Assembly: GCA_928721565.1 (NCBI GenBank)
Contig: OV788638.1
Span: forward strand, 68,229-132,228
Direction of reading: 5' to 3'
Length of the DNA stretch: 64,000 bases
Origin: an uncultured Clostridia bacterium
Lineage (GTDB): Bacteria > Bacillota > Clostridia > TANB77 > CAG-508
Shown: piece by piece, positions 11,368 to 26,300 of the stretch
Layout: every line of letters begins with the position of its first letter
Numbering within the stretch: position 1 is the stretch's first letter
Notes under the pieces: generated by a model
Seen by the model: the letters and a program-made list of their open reading frames with translations, nothing else
Told to the model about the DNA's origin: nothing
The model's database searches: none
Program-made: the position numbers and the translations under genes

Positions 11368-14300
11368 CTAGCGTCCCATCTTAAATGCACTTTCATTTGA
11401 ATATATTAACTCTGGTGAATATACTACAAGATTTGCATTTCCACAGTTTGTAAACATATTATCGTGTTTTGTCGCTATTTTTGTAAATCCTGAGCCCAAG
11501 TCTAGTGTTGTCATTGCTGTTGTTCCTGTTCCATTAAACATATTGGTCATGTCTGTTGATGAGGTTGTATAGAATTTGTCTCCCAGATCCAGACTTGTCA
11601 TTGCAGTAACTCCACAATTTTGGAACATTCCGCTCATGTCTTTTCCATTGCTTGTGTTGAAGTTGTCTCCTAAGTCTAGCCTTGTCATAGATTGATATCC
11701 ACAGCCTCTGAACATTTCTTTGTATACTGTTACTTTAGTTGTATCAAACTTATCTCCTAAATCTAAAGCTTCCATCGCATTTCTACCACAAGACATAAAC
11801 ATATATCTCATGTCAGTTACATTTTTGGTATCAAAATTTTCTCCCAAGTCTAATTTTTTCATTTTCATATATCCTGTGTGATGGAACATTCCATTCATAT
11901 TAGTTACAGTTGTTGTATTGAAGTTGTCTCCCAAGTCTAAAGATGTCATTGCTGTGTATCCACAATATGCAAACATATTTTGCATATTAGTAGCTGATTT
12001 TGGATTGAATTTTTCTCCTAAATCTAGTGTTTCCATTGACTTATATCCACAATATGAGAACATTTCATACACATTTTGTATAGCCCCTACATCAAAGTTC
12101 TTTCCTAAGCTGAATGTTTTCATATTACTATATCCAAAATATGTAAACATGTGATCTATTGTTGTTACATTATCTACATGTAGCAATCCTATATTTTCTA
12201 TTATTGGGTTTGATTCTTCACTTGTTTCTGCACAAGCTGAATCATATCCAATGTAGGCGAATAAGTAACTTGAGATTGCATTACCATTCATTATAATGCT
12301 ACTTCCTATATGAACTATATAGGTGTTTCTTGGAGTTGTTTCATACCAAGCGATAATAGATCCATCTTCTTGAGCTGAAACATCCCATCTTGTGTCATCA
12401 GTATAATTTGCATAATCTTCTAAAATAATCTTTTCAACTTTTTGTCTTTGGATTTTATCATTTCCTAAGAACGGACTTGTTGCAGTTGTTTCCGTGTCAG
12501 TCTTTCTTAAACAGCTATACAAGATAAATTCTTGTTCTTTACTCTTGTTTCCAGAGCTGTCAACTAGTGAGTTCGCTGCTACTACAAGTTTTACTTGATA
12601 TGCGTTACTTATAAATCCTGAAATATTTATTTTGTATTGTCTACCATAAGTTAATGAAACTGAAGTATCTTCTGTAACTTCTAAAGTTATTCCAGAAGTT
12701 TGTTCTTGGCCATTTACAAGAACTTTAATTTGGCTTGCAGTCAATTTAGATTTTGCTTTATCTAAATATTTATCAGTTCCTTTTAGGATAATACTTGCTG
12801 TTTGTTTAATTGGTGTTGCAGTTGCTGTTCCAACTTGTTCCCAAAGTGGATCAACTACGTCTACAATTTTTCCATCTCCTGTACCTCCTGGGAAATCTAC
12901 TCCTGATGAAATTGTGGTTGGAACATTTCTATTGTCAGAAGTATCTTTAACAATTCCTGCTTTTAAAGCTACTGTAATTACACCACTATAATCCAAATAT
13001 TCTCCGGTTTTTATAGTCTGTTCTAAATTTGATATTCTTAGTGTGTAACGTTTTCCAACAGTCTGGTTTGTTAAACCAACTTGAATTTTTCCATCAATTG
13101 TCTTATTGATTGGTTTTTCTACAGTTCCTGCCAAAACATTTTCTGTTGCAATTATCTCTTTAGTTATTTTGTCATTATCTGTTATATCCTCTCCATCAAC
13201 TTTAATTGTCAAATAATTTTTCAAGTTTTCTGTTGTTAATGTGCTACTTTCAGCAAAGTATTTATCTATTACTTCAATTGCCATTGTGAATGTTTTTCCT
13301 GTATAGTCTATATCTGAATTTGAATATTTGTATGTTATCTCTGGCTCTATAAAGTCTACAAAATCGCCATCAATTGTTGTCTTTTCATTTGTGTTTTCAA
13401 AAGTATCTTGTACTGCTCCTTCTTGAATTTCTATTGAAACTGTACCACTCCAATCAGTATAATTTCTAGATGAATCAATAGATTGTCTTTCTTGTTTGAA
13501 GTCTGACAATACTAATTGATATTGTTGCCCTATCGTTTTTGTTGTTCCATTTACTGTTGCTGTTATGTCAGAAAGTTTTGTAAGTGCTTTTGTTACACTG
13601 CTTGCTGATTCTTTATCAACTAGTACTGAAATGTCGTCTGCATTTAATTCTTTGGTTGTGTCTAAATGTTTATCAATTACATTAAATATTATTGTTTCTG
13701 TTGAATCACCTTTTGTTGATGATACTTTTGTGATTTCTGGTTTTACAAAGTCTATGTCTCCTAATGTAAATGTTTGAGCTTGATTTGTGTTTTTATATTT
13801 GTCAGTTAATGTTCCTTTTGGAATTTCTATTTTTGTAGTACCACTATATTCTCTATAAGTTCTTCCACTAGCATTAAATGTTGTATCATTTTCTGGCCAA
13901 TTTGATAGTGTTAATGTATATCTTACTCCATATGGTACTTGTGTAGTTGTTCCATTTACTGTTCTTTCTTCTTTTAACTCTGTTCCTTCACTTAATTGTT
14001 TTGTAACATTTTCTGTGCTTGTTACTTCATTTTCGTCAATATAGACTTTAATTCCATCAGTTGTTAATTTAGTTTGTGTTCCATCAAAATATTTATCTGT
14101 TCCAACTAAATCAACTGTTACAATTTTGTTTGCTTTGTCTATATTTATGTTTTCTGTTTTCCACATTGGGTCTACAACATCAACAATTTGCTGAGTTCCT
14201 GTATTTGTAGGGTTATTTACACCTATTGTTATTGTTTTTGCAATATTTGTATTTTTTGATTTATCTGTTGCAATTCCTTCTGGGAATGTAATACTCATTG

Positions 14301-17300
14301 GTCCACTGTAGTTTCTATATTTTGCTCCTGTTGCAATGTCTGTTTCTTGCAAACCTCCTATTACCAATCTGTATTTTTCTCCTATTTTTACAGGTTCTGC
14401 TGAATCTTCACGTGTTTCTGTAACATCCTCTATTTTTGTTATTTCTTTTGTTATATTTGCATCTGGTATTTGTGTGTCTGCATCTAATAGTTTTACAATT
14501 ATACCATCTTTTTTATTTATAACTGTTGATGCATCAAAATATTTGTCTATTACAGAGAATTCTACTGTTAGTGTTTTGTTTGTTTGATCAATATTTCCAT
14601 CTGTATATACATATGTGAATTCTGGTTTGATAAAGTCTGTAAACATTGCATTTGCTGTGTTTTTGTCTACTTTTGTTGTGTCTGTTATTGTGTTGTCTGC
14701 TCTTGCTCCATCATCTGTTATTGTGATGTTTTTGTTTCCATATTTATCTGCCAAACTTTTTTGTGCTACTTCGACTGTTATATTTCCACTCCACTCGATA
14801 TAGTTCTTTCCTGTTCTTCTTGATATTTCTGCAAAGTTTGATAGTGTTACTTCTTGCAATATGTCTTTTGCTCCTGTTTTTGCATTTGTTGTTTGTGTTG
14901 CTGTTCCTACTTCTTTTGTTACTATATCTGTTATGTCTGTTCCTTCTATTAGTACTTTTATGTTTCCTGCTGATAATGCACTTGTTACATCACTTGTGTA
15001 TTCATTTGCACTAACTGCTGTGTTTGTTGTTCCTCTTAGTTTGATTTTTATTTTTGGCGTGTTTGCATCTGCTGTGTCTATTGTTGTTCCTTCTTTTATC
15101 CATTCTGTTCTGTATTTTGGATTTATTGTTCCTCTTGTGTAGCTTATTGCTGATGTTGTTGCATCTGTATTTAATTTAAAGTTATTTTTATCTTGAAATA
15201 TTGCTTCTGGTGCATATATTACTAATTTCCCATATTTTCCTGCATTCCAACAAAAATATGAATTATCTTCAGGTATTTGAGTAAATGCTGGACCTAAGTC
15301 TAATGTTAATAATGCTTGATTTCCTGTAAGTCTAAACATATTAGTCATGCTAGTAACTTTACTTGTATAAAATTTATCTCCTAAATCTAATGAACTTAAT
15401 TTCATAACTCCTGTCTCATTAAACATAGCTGACATTTTTTGAACATTACTTGTATCAAACTTATCTCCTAATTTCAAGCTTTCCATTAATGTATATCCAG
15501 TGTCTTGGAACATATACCCCATATTTTTTACTTTGCTTGTATCAAAATTGAATCCTAAATCTAATGTTTTTAATGCTGTATATCCAGTATGGTCAAACAT
15601 CATCTCCATAGTAATTACATTACTTGTATTAAATTTACTTTCCAAATTCAATTCAGTCATTGCTGTGTATCCTGTATCCATAAACATTGCTTCCATATTT
15701 GTTACATTACTTGTATTAAATTTGTCTCCTAAATCTAGACTTGTCATTGCTGTATATCCTGTTCCAAAAAACATATAACTCATATCAGTTACATTACTTG
15801 TATCAAATTTATCTCCTAAGTTCAGACTTGTCATTGCTCTATATCCTGTATTTGTAAACATCCTATTCATATTTGTTACATTAGTTGTATTTAATAATCC
15901 TATATTTGTAATTGTTTCTGTTGCAGTGCAGTTCTCCCCAGCTCCAATATATGCAAATAAATAACTTGAATCTACATTAGCAGAAATTTCGCCTTCACTT
16001 GCAATATATACCTTTTGAGTTCCATTAGAATTGCTTGTTTCATTCCATGCCAATATTGACCCATCTTGTTGAGCTGAAACATCCCATGCTGTATCATTTT
16101 TATACGTCTTAGTTGATATGTCAAAAACAGATGTTGGTATATTATTTAAAAATGTTACATTATCAATATTCTGTCTTTCAAGTGTAGTATTACCTAAAAA
16201 TCCACTATCAGCATTTTGTTCTGTATTTGTTGTCTTTAAAGCATTATAAATCATAATATCAGTATCTTCGTTAGTATTACCAGACTTATCTGTAAGAGTA
16301 CCTGCTGGTATTCTAACTTTAACCTGATTTTTATCTGTCGGATAATTAGAAACAGAAATTGTATATTGCACTCCATATTGTACATTAGAAGTATTTCCAT
16401 TTTCACTTCTCTCTTCTGTCAAGTTTGTTGCAGAACTTAAGTTTACTGTAGTTCCAGTAGTTTCAGCTCCATCTACAAATACTTTTATTTTGTCTTTAGT
16501 TAAACTATTACTTGCATAATATTTATCTGTACCATTAACAACTATTGTTGCTGTTTTGCTTTTCATATCAACTGTTCCAGTTGATTTTTCCCATATTGGT
16601 CTTACAAGGTCTATAATCTCTTCTGATCCTTCTCCACCTGGCAAGTCAATACCTGTAGTTATTGTTGTAGTTTTATTTGTATTATTTGAATCATCTTTAA
16701 TCTTATCTGCATCAATTGTAACTGTAATAACACCACTGTAGTCTAAATATTTATCTCCTTCTTTTATTTGCAATTGTTCTAGATTAGATAATGTTAATGT
16801 ATATCTCTTTCCAATCTTTTTTGAACTTCCATTAACAACTTCCTTTAAAGTTTCATCACTTAAACTTCTTGTTATTTCACTCCATTCAGGAGTTTTTCCA
16901 TCAATTTTTATTGTTAAATCTGATAAAGTTAATTTAGCATTTTCTGAATAATAGTATTTATCTGTTACATCAAATATTAATTTTACTGATTTTGCTGATT
17001 TGTCAATTACTGTATTTGCATTTTTGTATATTACAATTGGTTTTATAAAGTCTACAAAATCTCCTGTTATTTCTGTCTTATCATTTGTATTATTAGAATC
17101 ATCCTTTACTGCTGAATCTGCAATTTCTATTGAAACGGTACCACTGTAGTCTTTGTAATTCTTGTTTGTTGCAATACTTGCTTGTTCAAAATTAGATAAT
17201 ACTAATTGATATTGCTGTCCTATAACTTTTGATGTACCATTTATTGTTTCACTAATATCAGAAAGTTTTGTAAGTGTTTTTGTTATAGTTGATACAGCTT

Positions 17301-20300
17301 CTCCATCAATTTTTGTGGTTATTTTATCTGCAGTTAGTTCATTTGTTGTATCTAAATATTTATCTGTTACATTAAATATTATTGTTTCTGTTCCAGCCAC
17401 TGAATCTTTTGTTGATGAAACTTTTGTTATTTCTGGCTTGATAAAATCTACTTTTCCAATTTCTAGCTCTAATTCTTGGTTAATATTTCCTGACTTATCT
17501 AATAATGTGCCTTCTGGAATTTTGATTTTTGTAGTTCCACTGTATTCTCTATATGATCTTCCACTTGCTTTAAATACTTCATCTGTTTCTGGCCAGTTGT
17601 CTATTGTTAATGTGTATTTTACTCCACATAATTGAAGAGTTCCGTCTCTTGTTTCAGTTACTGGCGTTTTACCACTTAATGTTTTTGTAACATTTGCTTT
17701 ACTAGTTATTTCCACTCCATCTACAAATAGCTGAATTTTGTCTGCTGTTAATAATGAATTTGAATAATATTTGTCTGTTCCTAGTAGGTCTACTGTTACT
17801 TTTTTATTTGCCTTATCTATTTTTAGATTTTGTGTTCTCCATTCTGGTTTTACAACATCTACTATCTCTTGGTTTCCTGTATTATCAGGATTGTTTACAC
17901 CTATTGTTATTGTTTGAGCATTGCTTGTATTCTTAGATTTGTCTGATGCAACTCCTACTGGAAATGTAATGCTCATTGGTCCACTGTAATTATTATAGTT
18001 TCCTGCAGAATCTTTTTGTTCTAATCCACTTATTGTCAACTCATATTTTTCCCCAATTTTTACATCTTCTCCGTTTCTACTTTCTGTAATATCTTGAGTT
18101 TTTACTAATTTTTTTGTTAAGTTTGGAATGTTTGTATTTGTATCTAGTAATTTTACTGTTATTCCTGTTGGGTCATAACTTCCATCTGAAAGTGTTTTCC
18201 ATGATGTATGGTCAAAATATTTATCCGTTATAGAAAATTCTACTGTTAATGTCTGTTTTTCTTTATTTATGTTTTCATCTGAATAGATATATGTGAACTC
18301 TGGTTTGATAAAGTCTGCAAACATTGAATTTGCTGTGTTTTGGTCAACTTGAGTTGTGTCTGTTATTTTGTTGTCTGCTCTTGCTCCATCTTCTGTTGTT
18401 TCTACGTTTTTATTTCCGTATTTATCTGATAAACTTTTTTGTGCTACTTCTATTGTTATGTTTCCACTCCACTCTTTATAGCTTTTTCCTGTTCTTCTTG
18501 ATATTTCTGCAAAGTTTGATAGTGTTACTTCTTGCAATATGTCTTTTGCTCCTGTTTTTGCATTTGTTGTTTGTGTTGCTGTTCCTACTTCTTTTGTTAC
18601 TATATCTGTTATGTCTGTTCCTTCTATTAGTACTTTTATGTTTCCTGCTGATAATGCACTTGTTACATCACTTGTGTATTCATTTGCACTAACTGCTGTG
18701 TTTGTTGTTCCTCTTAGTTTGATTTTTATTTTTGGCGTGTTTGCATCTGCTGTGTCTATTGTTGTTCCTTCTTTTATCCATTCTGTTCTGTATTTTGGAT
18801 TTATTGTTCCTCTTGTGTAGCTTATTGCTGATGTTGTTGCATCTGTATTTAATTTAAAGTTATTTTTATCTTGAAATATTGCTTCTGGTGCATATATTAC
18901 TAATTTCCCATATTTTCCTGCATTCCAACAAAAATATGAATTATCTTCAGGTATTTGAGTAAATGCTGGACCTAAGTCTAATGTTAATAATGCTTGATTT
19001 CCTGTAAGTCTAAACATATTAGTCATGCTAGTAACTTTACTTGTATAAAATTTATCTCCTAAATCTAATGAACTTAATTTCATAACTCCTGTCTCATTAA
19101 ACATAGCTGACATTTTTTGAACATTACTTGTATCAAACTTATCTCCTAATTTCAAGCTTTCCATTAATGTATATCCAGTGTCTTGGAACATATACCCCAT
19201 ATTTTTTACTTTGCTTGTATCAAAATTGAATCCTAAATCTAATGTTTTTAATGCTGTATATCCAGTATGGTCAAACATCATCTCCATAGTAATTACATTA
19301 CTTGTATTAAATTTACTTTCCAAATTCAATTCAGTCATTGCTGTGTATCCTGTATCCATAAACATTGCTTCCATATTTGTTACATTACTTGTATTAAATT
19401 TGTCTCCTAAATCTAGACTTGTCATTGCTGTATATCCTGTTCCAAAAAACATATAACTCATATCAGTTACATTACTTGTATCAAATTTATCTCCTAAGTT
19501 CAGACTTGTCATTGCTCTATATCCTGTATTTGTAAACATCCTATTCATATTTGTTACATTAGTTGTATTTAATAATCCTATATTTGTAATTGTTTCTGTT
19601 GCAGTGCAGTTCTCCCCAGCTCCAATATATGCAAATAAATAACTTGAATCTACATTAGCAGAAATTTCGCCTTCACTTGCAATATATACCTTTTGAGTTC
19701 CATTAGAATTGCTTGTTTCATTCCATGCCAATATTGACCCATCTTGTTGAGCTGAAACATCCCATGCTGTATCATTTTTATACGTCTTAGTTGATATGTC
19801 AAAAACAGATGTTGGTATATTATTTAAAAATGTTACATTATCAATATTCTGTCTTTCAAGTGTAGTATTACCTAAAAATCCACTATCAGCATTTTGTTCT
19901 GTATTTGTTGTCTTTAAAGCATTATAAATCATAATATCAGTATCTTCGTTAGTATTACCAGACTTATCTGTAAGAGTACCTGCTGGTATTCTAACTTTAA
20001 CCTGATTTTTATCTGTCGGATAATTAGAAACAGAAATTGTATATTGCACTCCATATTGTACATTAGAAGTATTTCCATTTTCGCTTCTCTCTTCTGTCAA
20101 GTTTGTTGCAGAACTTAAGTTTACTGTAGTTCCAGTAGTTTCAGTTCCATCTACCAATACTTTGATTTTATCTTTAGTTAAACTATTACTTGCATAATAT
20201 TTATCTGTACCATTAACAACTATTGTTGCTGTTTTGTTTTTCAAATCTACTGTTGCAGTTGATTTTTTCCATATTGGTCTTACAACATCTATAATTTCTT

Positions 20301-23300
20301 TTGAACCTTCTCCACCTGGTAAATCAATACCTGTAGTTATTGTTGTAGCTTTATTTGTATTATTTGAATCATCTTTAACCTTATTTGCATCAATTGCAAC
20401 TGTAATAACACCACTGTAGTCTAAATATTTATCTCCTTCTTTTATTTGCAATTGTTCTAGATTAGATAATGTTAATGTATATCTCTTTCCAATCTTTTTT
20501 GAACTTCCATTAACAACTTCCTTTAAAGTTTCATCACTTAAACTTCTTGTTATTTCACTCCATTCAGGAGTTTTTCCATCAATTTTTATTGTTAAATCTG
20601 ATAAAGTTAATTTAGCATTTTCTGAATAATAGTATTTATCTGTTACATCAAATATTAATTTTACTGATTTTGCTGATTTGTCAATTACTGTATTTGCATT
20701 TTTGTATATTACAATTGGTTTTATAAAGTCTACAAAATCTCCTGTTATTTCTGTCTTATCATTTGTATTATTAGAATCATCCTTTACTGCTGAATCTGCA
20801 ATTTCTATTGAAACGGTACCACTGTAGTCTTTGTAATTCTTGTTTGTTGCAATACTTGCTTGTTCAAAATTAGATAATACTAATTGATATTGCTGTCCTA
20901 TAACTTTTGATGTACCATTTATTGTTTCACTAATATCAGAAAGTTTTGTAAGTGTTTTTGTTATAGTTGATACAGCTTCTCCATCAATTTTTGTGGTTAT
21001 TTTATCTGCAGTTAGTTCATTTGTTGTATCTAAATATTTATCTGTTACATTAAATATTATTGTTTCTGTTCCAGCCACTGAATCTTTTGTTGATGAAACT
21101 TTTGTTATTTCTGGCTTGATAAAATCTACTTTTCCAATTTCTAGCTCTAATTCTTGGTTAATATTTCCTGACTTATCTAATAATGTGCCTTCTGGAATTT
21201 TGATTTTTGTAGTTCCACTGTATTCTCTATATGATCTTCCACTTGCTTTAAATACTTCATCTGTTTCTGGCCAGTTGTCTATTGTTAATGTGTATTTTAC
21301 TCCACATAATTGAAGAGTTCCGTCTCTTGTTTCAGTTACTGGCGTTTTACCACTTAATGTTTTTGTAACATTTGCTTTACTAGTTATTTCCACTCCATCT
21401 ACAAATAGCTGAATTTTGTCTGCTGTTAATAATGAATTTGAATAATATTTGTCTGTTCCTAGTAGGTCTACTGTTACTTTTTTATTTGCCTTATCTATTT
21501 TTAGATTTTGTGTTCTCCATTCTGGTTTTACAACATCTACTATCTCTTGGTTTCCTGTATTATCAGGATTGTTTACACCTATTGTTATTGTTTGAGCATT
21601 GCTTGTATTCTTAGATTTGTCTGATGCAACTCCTACTGGAAATGTAATGCTCATTGGTCCACTGTAATTATTATAGTTTCCTGCAGAATCTTTTTGTTCT
21701 AATCCACTTATTGTCAACTCATATTTTTCCCCAATTTTTACATCTTCTCCGTTTCTACTTTCTGTAATATCTTGAGTTTTTACTAATTTTTTTGTTAAGT
21801 TTGGAATGTTTGTATTTGTATCTAGTAATTTTACTGTTATTCCTGTTGGGTCATAACTTCCATCTGAAAGTGTTTTCCATGATGTATGGTCAAAATATTT
21901 ATCCGTTATAGAAAATTCTACTGTTAATGTCTGTTTTTCTTTATTTATGTTTTCATCTGAATAGATATATGTGAACTCTGGTTTGATAAAGTCTGCAAAC
22001 ATTGAATTTGCTGTGTTTTGGTCAACTTGAGTTGTGTCTGTTATTTTGTTGTCTGCTCTTGCTCCATCTTCTGTTGTTTCTACGTTTTTATTTCCGTATT
22101 TATCTGATAAACTTTTTTGTGCTACTTCTATTGTTATGTTTCCACTCCACTCTTTATAGCTTTTTCCTGTTCTTCTTGATATTTCTGCAAAGTTTGATAG
22201 TGTTACTTCTTGCAATATGTCTTTTGCTCCTGTTTTTGCATTTGTTGTTTGTGTTGCTGTTCCTACTTCTTTTGTTACTATATCTGTTATGTCTGTTCCT
22301 TCTATTAGTACTTTTATGTTTCCTGCTGATAATGCACTTGTTACATCACTTGTGTATTCATTTGCACTAACTGCTGTGTTTGTTGTTCCTCTTAGTTTGA
22401 TTTTTATTTTTGGTGTGTTTGCATCTGCTGTGTCTATTGTTGTTCCTTCTTTTATCCATTCTGTTCTGTATTTTGGATTTATGGTTCCTGTTGTTAGTTC
22501 TATTGTTGTTTCTGAGTCTGTGCCTGTTTTGAAGTGTGTGCTGTCTTGGAATATTGCTTCTGGTGCTTGAACTTCTAATGCATCTGCTTTTCCTGTGTCA
22601 GTGAACATATCTGTGTTTTTGTCTGCTATTTGGGTAAATGCTGGTCCTAGGTCTAATGATGTCATTGATGTTTGTCCTGTTTGATAGAACATGTCAGCCA
22701 TATATATTACATTGTTTGTATCAAATTTGTCCCCTAAGTCTAAGCTTGTCATTGCCGTTTGTCCTGTTTTATTAAACATATTACTCATATTAGTTACATT
22801 ACTTGTATCAAATTTGTCTCCTAAATATAAACTTGTCATTGCTGTATTTCCAGTTCTATAGAACATTTGAGTCATATCAGTCACCTTGCTTGTGTCAAAT
22901 TTATCTCCTAAGTCTAATCTTGTCATTGCTTTCTGTCCTGTTCCCAAAAACATACCTGTCATATACATCACATTACTTGTATCAAATTTGTCACCCAATT
23001 CCAGACTTGTCATCGCTGTATTTCCCGTTTGTCCAAACATACCTTCCATATTTGTTACACTACTTGTATCAAATTTATTTCCTAAGTTCAGACTTGTCAT
23101 TGCCTTATATCCTGTATCTGCAAACATGTACTCCATATTAGTTACACTACTTGTATTTAATAATCCTATATTTGTAATTGTTTCTGTTGCAGTGCAGTTC
23201 TCCCCAGCTCCAATATATTTAAATAAATGACTTGAATCTACATTAGCAGAAATTTCGCCTTCACTTGCAATATACACTTTTTGTGCACCATTACTATTGC

Positions 23301-26300
23301 TTGTTTCACTCCAAGCTAGTATTGAACCATCTTGTTGTGCTGATACGTCCCATATATTGTTATAAATCTTTACATCATAGACATTCATATTAACAAATGC
23401 CCCTACAGGATCTGGAACATCACCTTTTGGATTACATCCAATTGACATTACTGTATCATAAAGTGGATCTTTTATACTTCCTGATGTTGCTGTTTTTGCA
23501 GCTAATACGCCATCAATATATAGCATTACATTTTTACCATCATATATTCCTGTAAGACGTACCTTTTTTCCTGCAGTTAATGGTTCCTCACACACAGCTC
23601 TAACATACTGATTCTCTTCAGTAATATATACTGCAAATCTAGGGGTTCCGTCATATAGATATAATTCAATACCTCCTACATCTAAGTTACCTAATATTGT
23701 TCTTTCTCCTTCTTGTATTGTATTTAAAGAAATTGTCGTATCAACCATTACTTTGCTATTAGGGAAACTCATTTGTCCAAGATTTACCCAATCATCAACA
23801 CCATCAAGTTGTAAATATCCGTCTTTCCAAACTGCTCCATTAATAGTTCCATCATTGCTTCCATTTAAATCCTTCCATGTTGTTGCAGTACTACTGTACC
23901 CATTTCCGGTATTATTTTCAGAACTGTATCTATTTGTTGCTCTTATTGATGATAGTCCACCTTTCATAAATGTTACATTTTCAATGTTCTTTCTTTCAAG
24001 TGTAGTATTACCTAAAAATCCACTTGTAAAAGCTGTTTCTGTCTTTGTTGTTACCAAAGCATTATAAATCATAATATCAGTATCTTCGTTAGTATTACCA
24101 GACTTATCTGTAAGAGTACCTGCTGGTATTCTAACTTTAACCTGATTTTTATCTGTCGGATAATTAGAAACAGAAATTGTATATTGCACTCCATATTGTA
24201 CATTAGAAGTATTTCCATTTTCACTTCTCTCTTCTGTCAAGTTTGTTGCAGAACTTAAGTTTACTGTAGTTCCAGTAGTTTCAGCTCCATCTACAAATAC
24301 TTTTATTTTGTCTTTAGTTAAACTATTACTTGCATAATATTTATCTGTACCATTAACAACTATTGTTGCTGTTTTGCTTTTCATATCAACTGTTCCAGTT
24401 GATTTTTCCCATATTGGTCTTACAAGGTCTATAATCTCTTCTGATCCTTCTCCACCTGGCAAGTCAATACCTGTAGTTATTGTTGTAGTTTTATTTGTAT
24501 TATTTGAATCATCTTTAATCTTATCTGCATCAATTGTAACTGTAATAACACCACTGTAGTCTAAATATTTATCTCCTTCTTTTATTTGCAATTGTTCTAG
24601 ATTAGATAATGTTAATGTATATCTCTTTCCAATCTTTTTTGAACTTCCATTAACAACTTCCTTTAAAGTTTCATCACTTAAACTTCTTGTTACTTTGGTC
24701 CAATCCGGAATTTTTCCATCAATTTTTATTGTTAAATCTGATAAAGTTAATTTAGCATTTTCTGAATAATAGTATTTATCTGTTACATCAAATATTAATT
24801 TTACAGATTTTGCTGATTTGTCAATTACTGTATTTGCATTTTTGTATATAATTGTTGGTACTATAGTGTCAATAAACATATTACCATCTGCATTTTGATT
24901 ATGATTTGTTGAATCTTTTATTGTTGTATTTTGTAATACTGTTCCATTTTCTAATGTTATGTTTTTATTTCCATATGAGTCTGTTAATGTTGAATTATCT
25001 ATTTCTAAAGAAACATTTCCACTCCATTCTTTAAAGCTCTTTCCACTTTGGAATCCTGCTTGTTCCAAATTTGATAATGTTATTGTTTGTATTACATCTT
25101 TTGCTCCTGTTGTTGTATTTGTTCCTTGTGTTGCTGTTCCCATATCTATACTTATATCGTTTGTTGCGTTTTCTCCATCAATTAATACTTTTACATTATT
25201 TTTTTCTAATGATGTTGTTACGTCACTTGTGTATTCTTTTGCTGATACTTCTGGGTTTGTTGTTCCTCTTAATGTTATTTTCATTGTTTTTTCTGTTGTG
25301 TTTACTTCTACATTTTCTTTTGTCCATTCTGTTCTGTATTTTGGATTTATTGTTCCTGTTGTTAGTTCTATTGTTGTTGTAGAATTTGTATTTGCTCTAA
25401 AATGTGTTGTGTCTTTGAATATTGCTTCTGGTGCTTGGATTACTAGTGAGCCTGATTTGCCTGTGTTACTAAACATCTTTTCAGTTGCTTCATGTTTAGG
25501 GACATTTGATCCATATGTTGTTATTGGATCTCTACTTCCTGTTGGAATATTAACAAAAGCTGGTCCTAAATCTATTGTTGTTACATTTGTATTTCCAAAG
25601 TTCATAAACATACAATACATGTCAGTTACATTATTAGTATTAAATTTATCTCCTAATTTTAATGTCTTAGTAGACGTTTGTCCTGCTCTTTCAAACATTC
25701 CCACCATAGTTGTTACTTTGCTTGTATCAAATTTGTCTCCTAAATCTATCACTTCTAATACATTTGCAAAACTTACAAACATTCCATACATATCTGTAAC
25801 ATTACTTGTATCAAACTTATCTCCAAAACTAAAGTCCGTCATTGAATACTGTCCTGTACCAGCAAACATCCACATCATAGTTGTTACTTTACTTGTATCA
25901 AATTTGTTTCCTAATTTTAAACTAGTCATTTTCTGTCTTCCAACTTCACCAAACATTGCCATCATATTTGTAACATTGCTTGTGTCAAAGTTTTCTCCAA
26001 GATCTAAACTTTTCAATTTCATTTCACCACAATGTGGAAACATAAAGCCCATATTTGTAACTTTACTAGTATTAAATTTAGATCCAAGATTAAGTTCTGT
26101 CATTGAATTGTATCCACAATACCAAAACATATTAAACATATTAGTTACATTGCTTGTATCAAAATTTGTTCCCAAATCTAATTTTGTCATTGATTTATAT
26201 CCTGTATAATAAAATACTCTGTACATACTTGTTACATTACTTGTGTTTAGCAATCCAATATTTGTAATTGTTTCTGTTGCTGTACAATTGTCTGAATATC

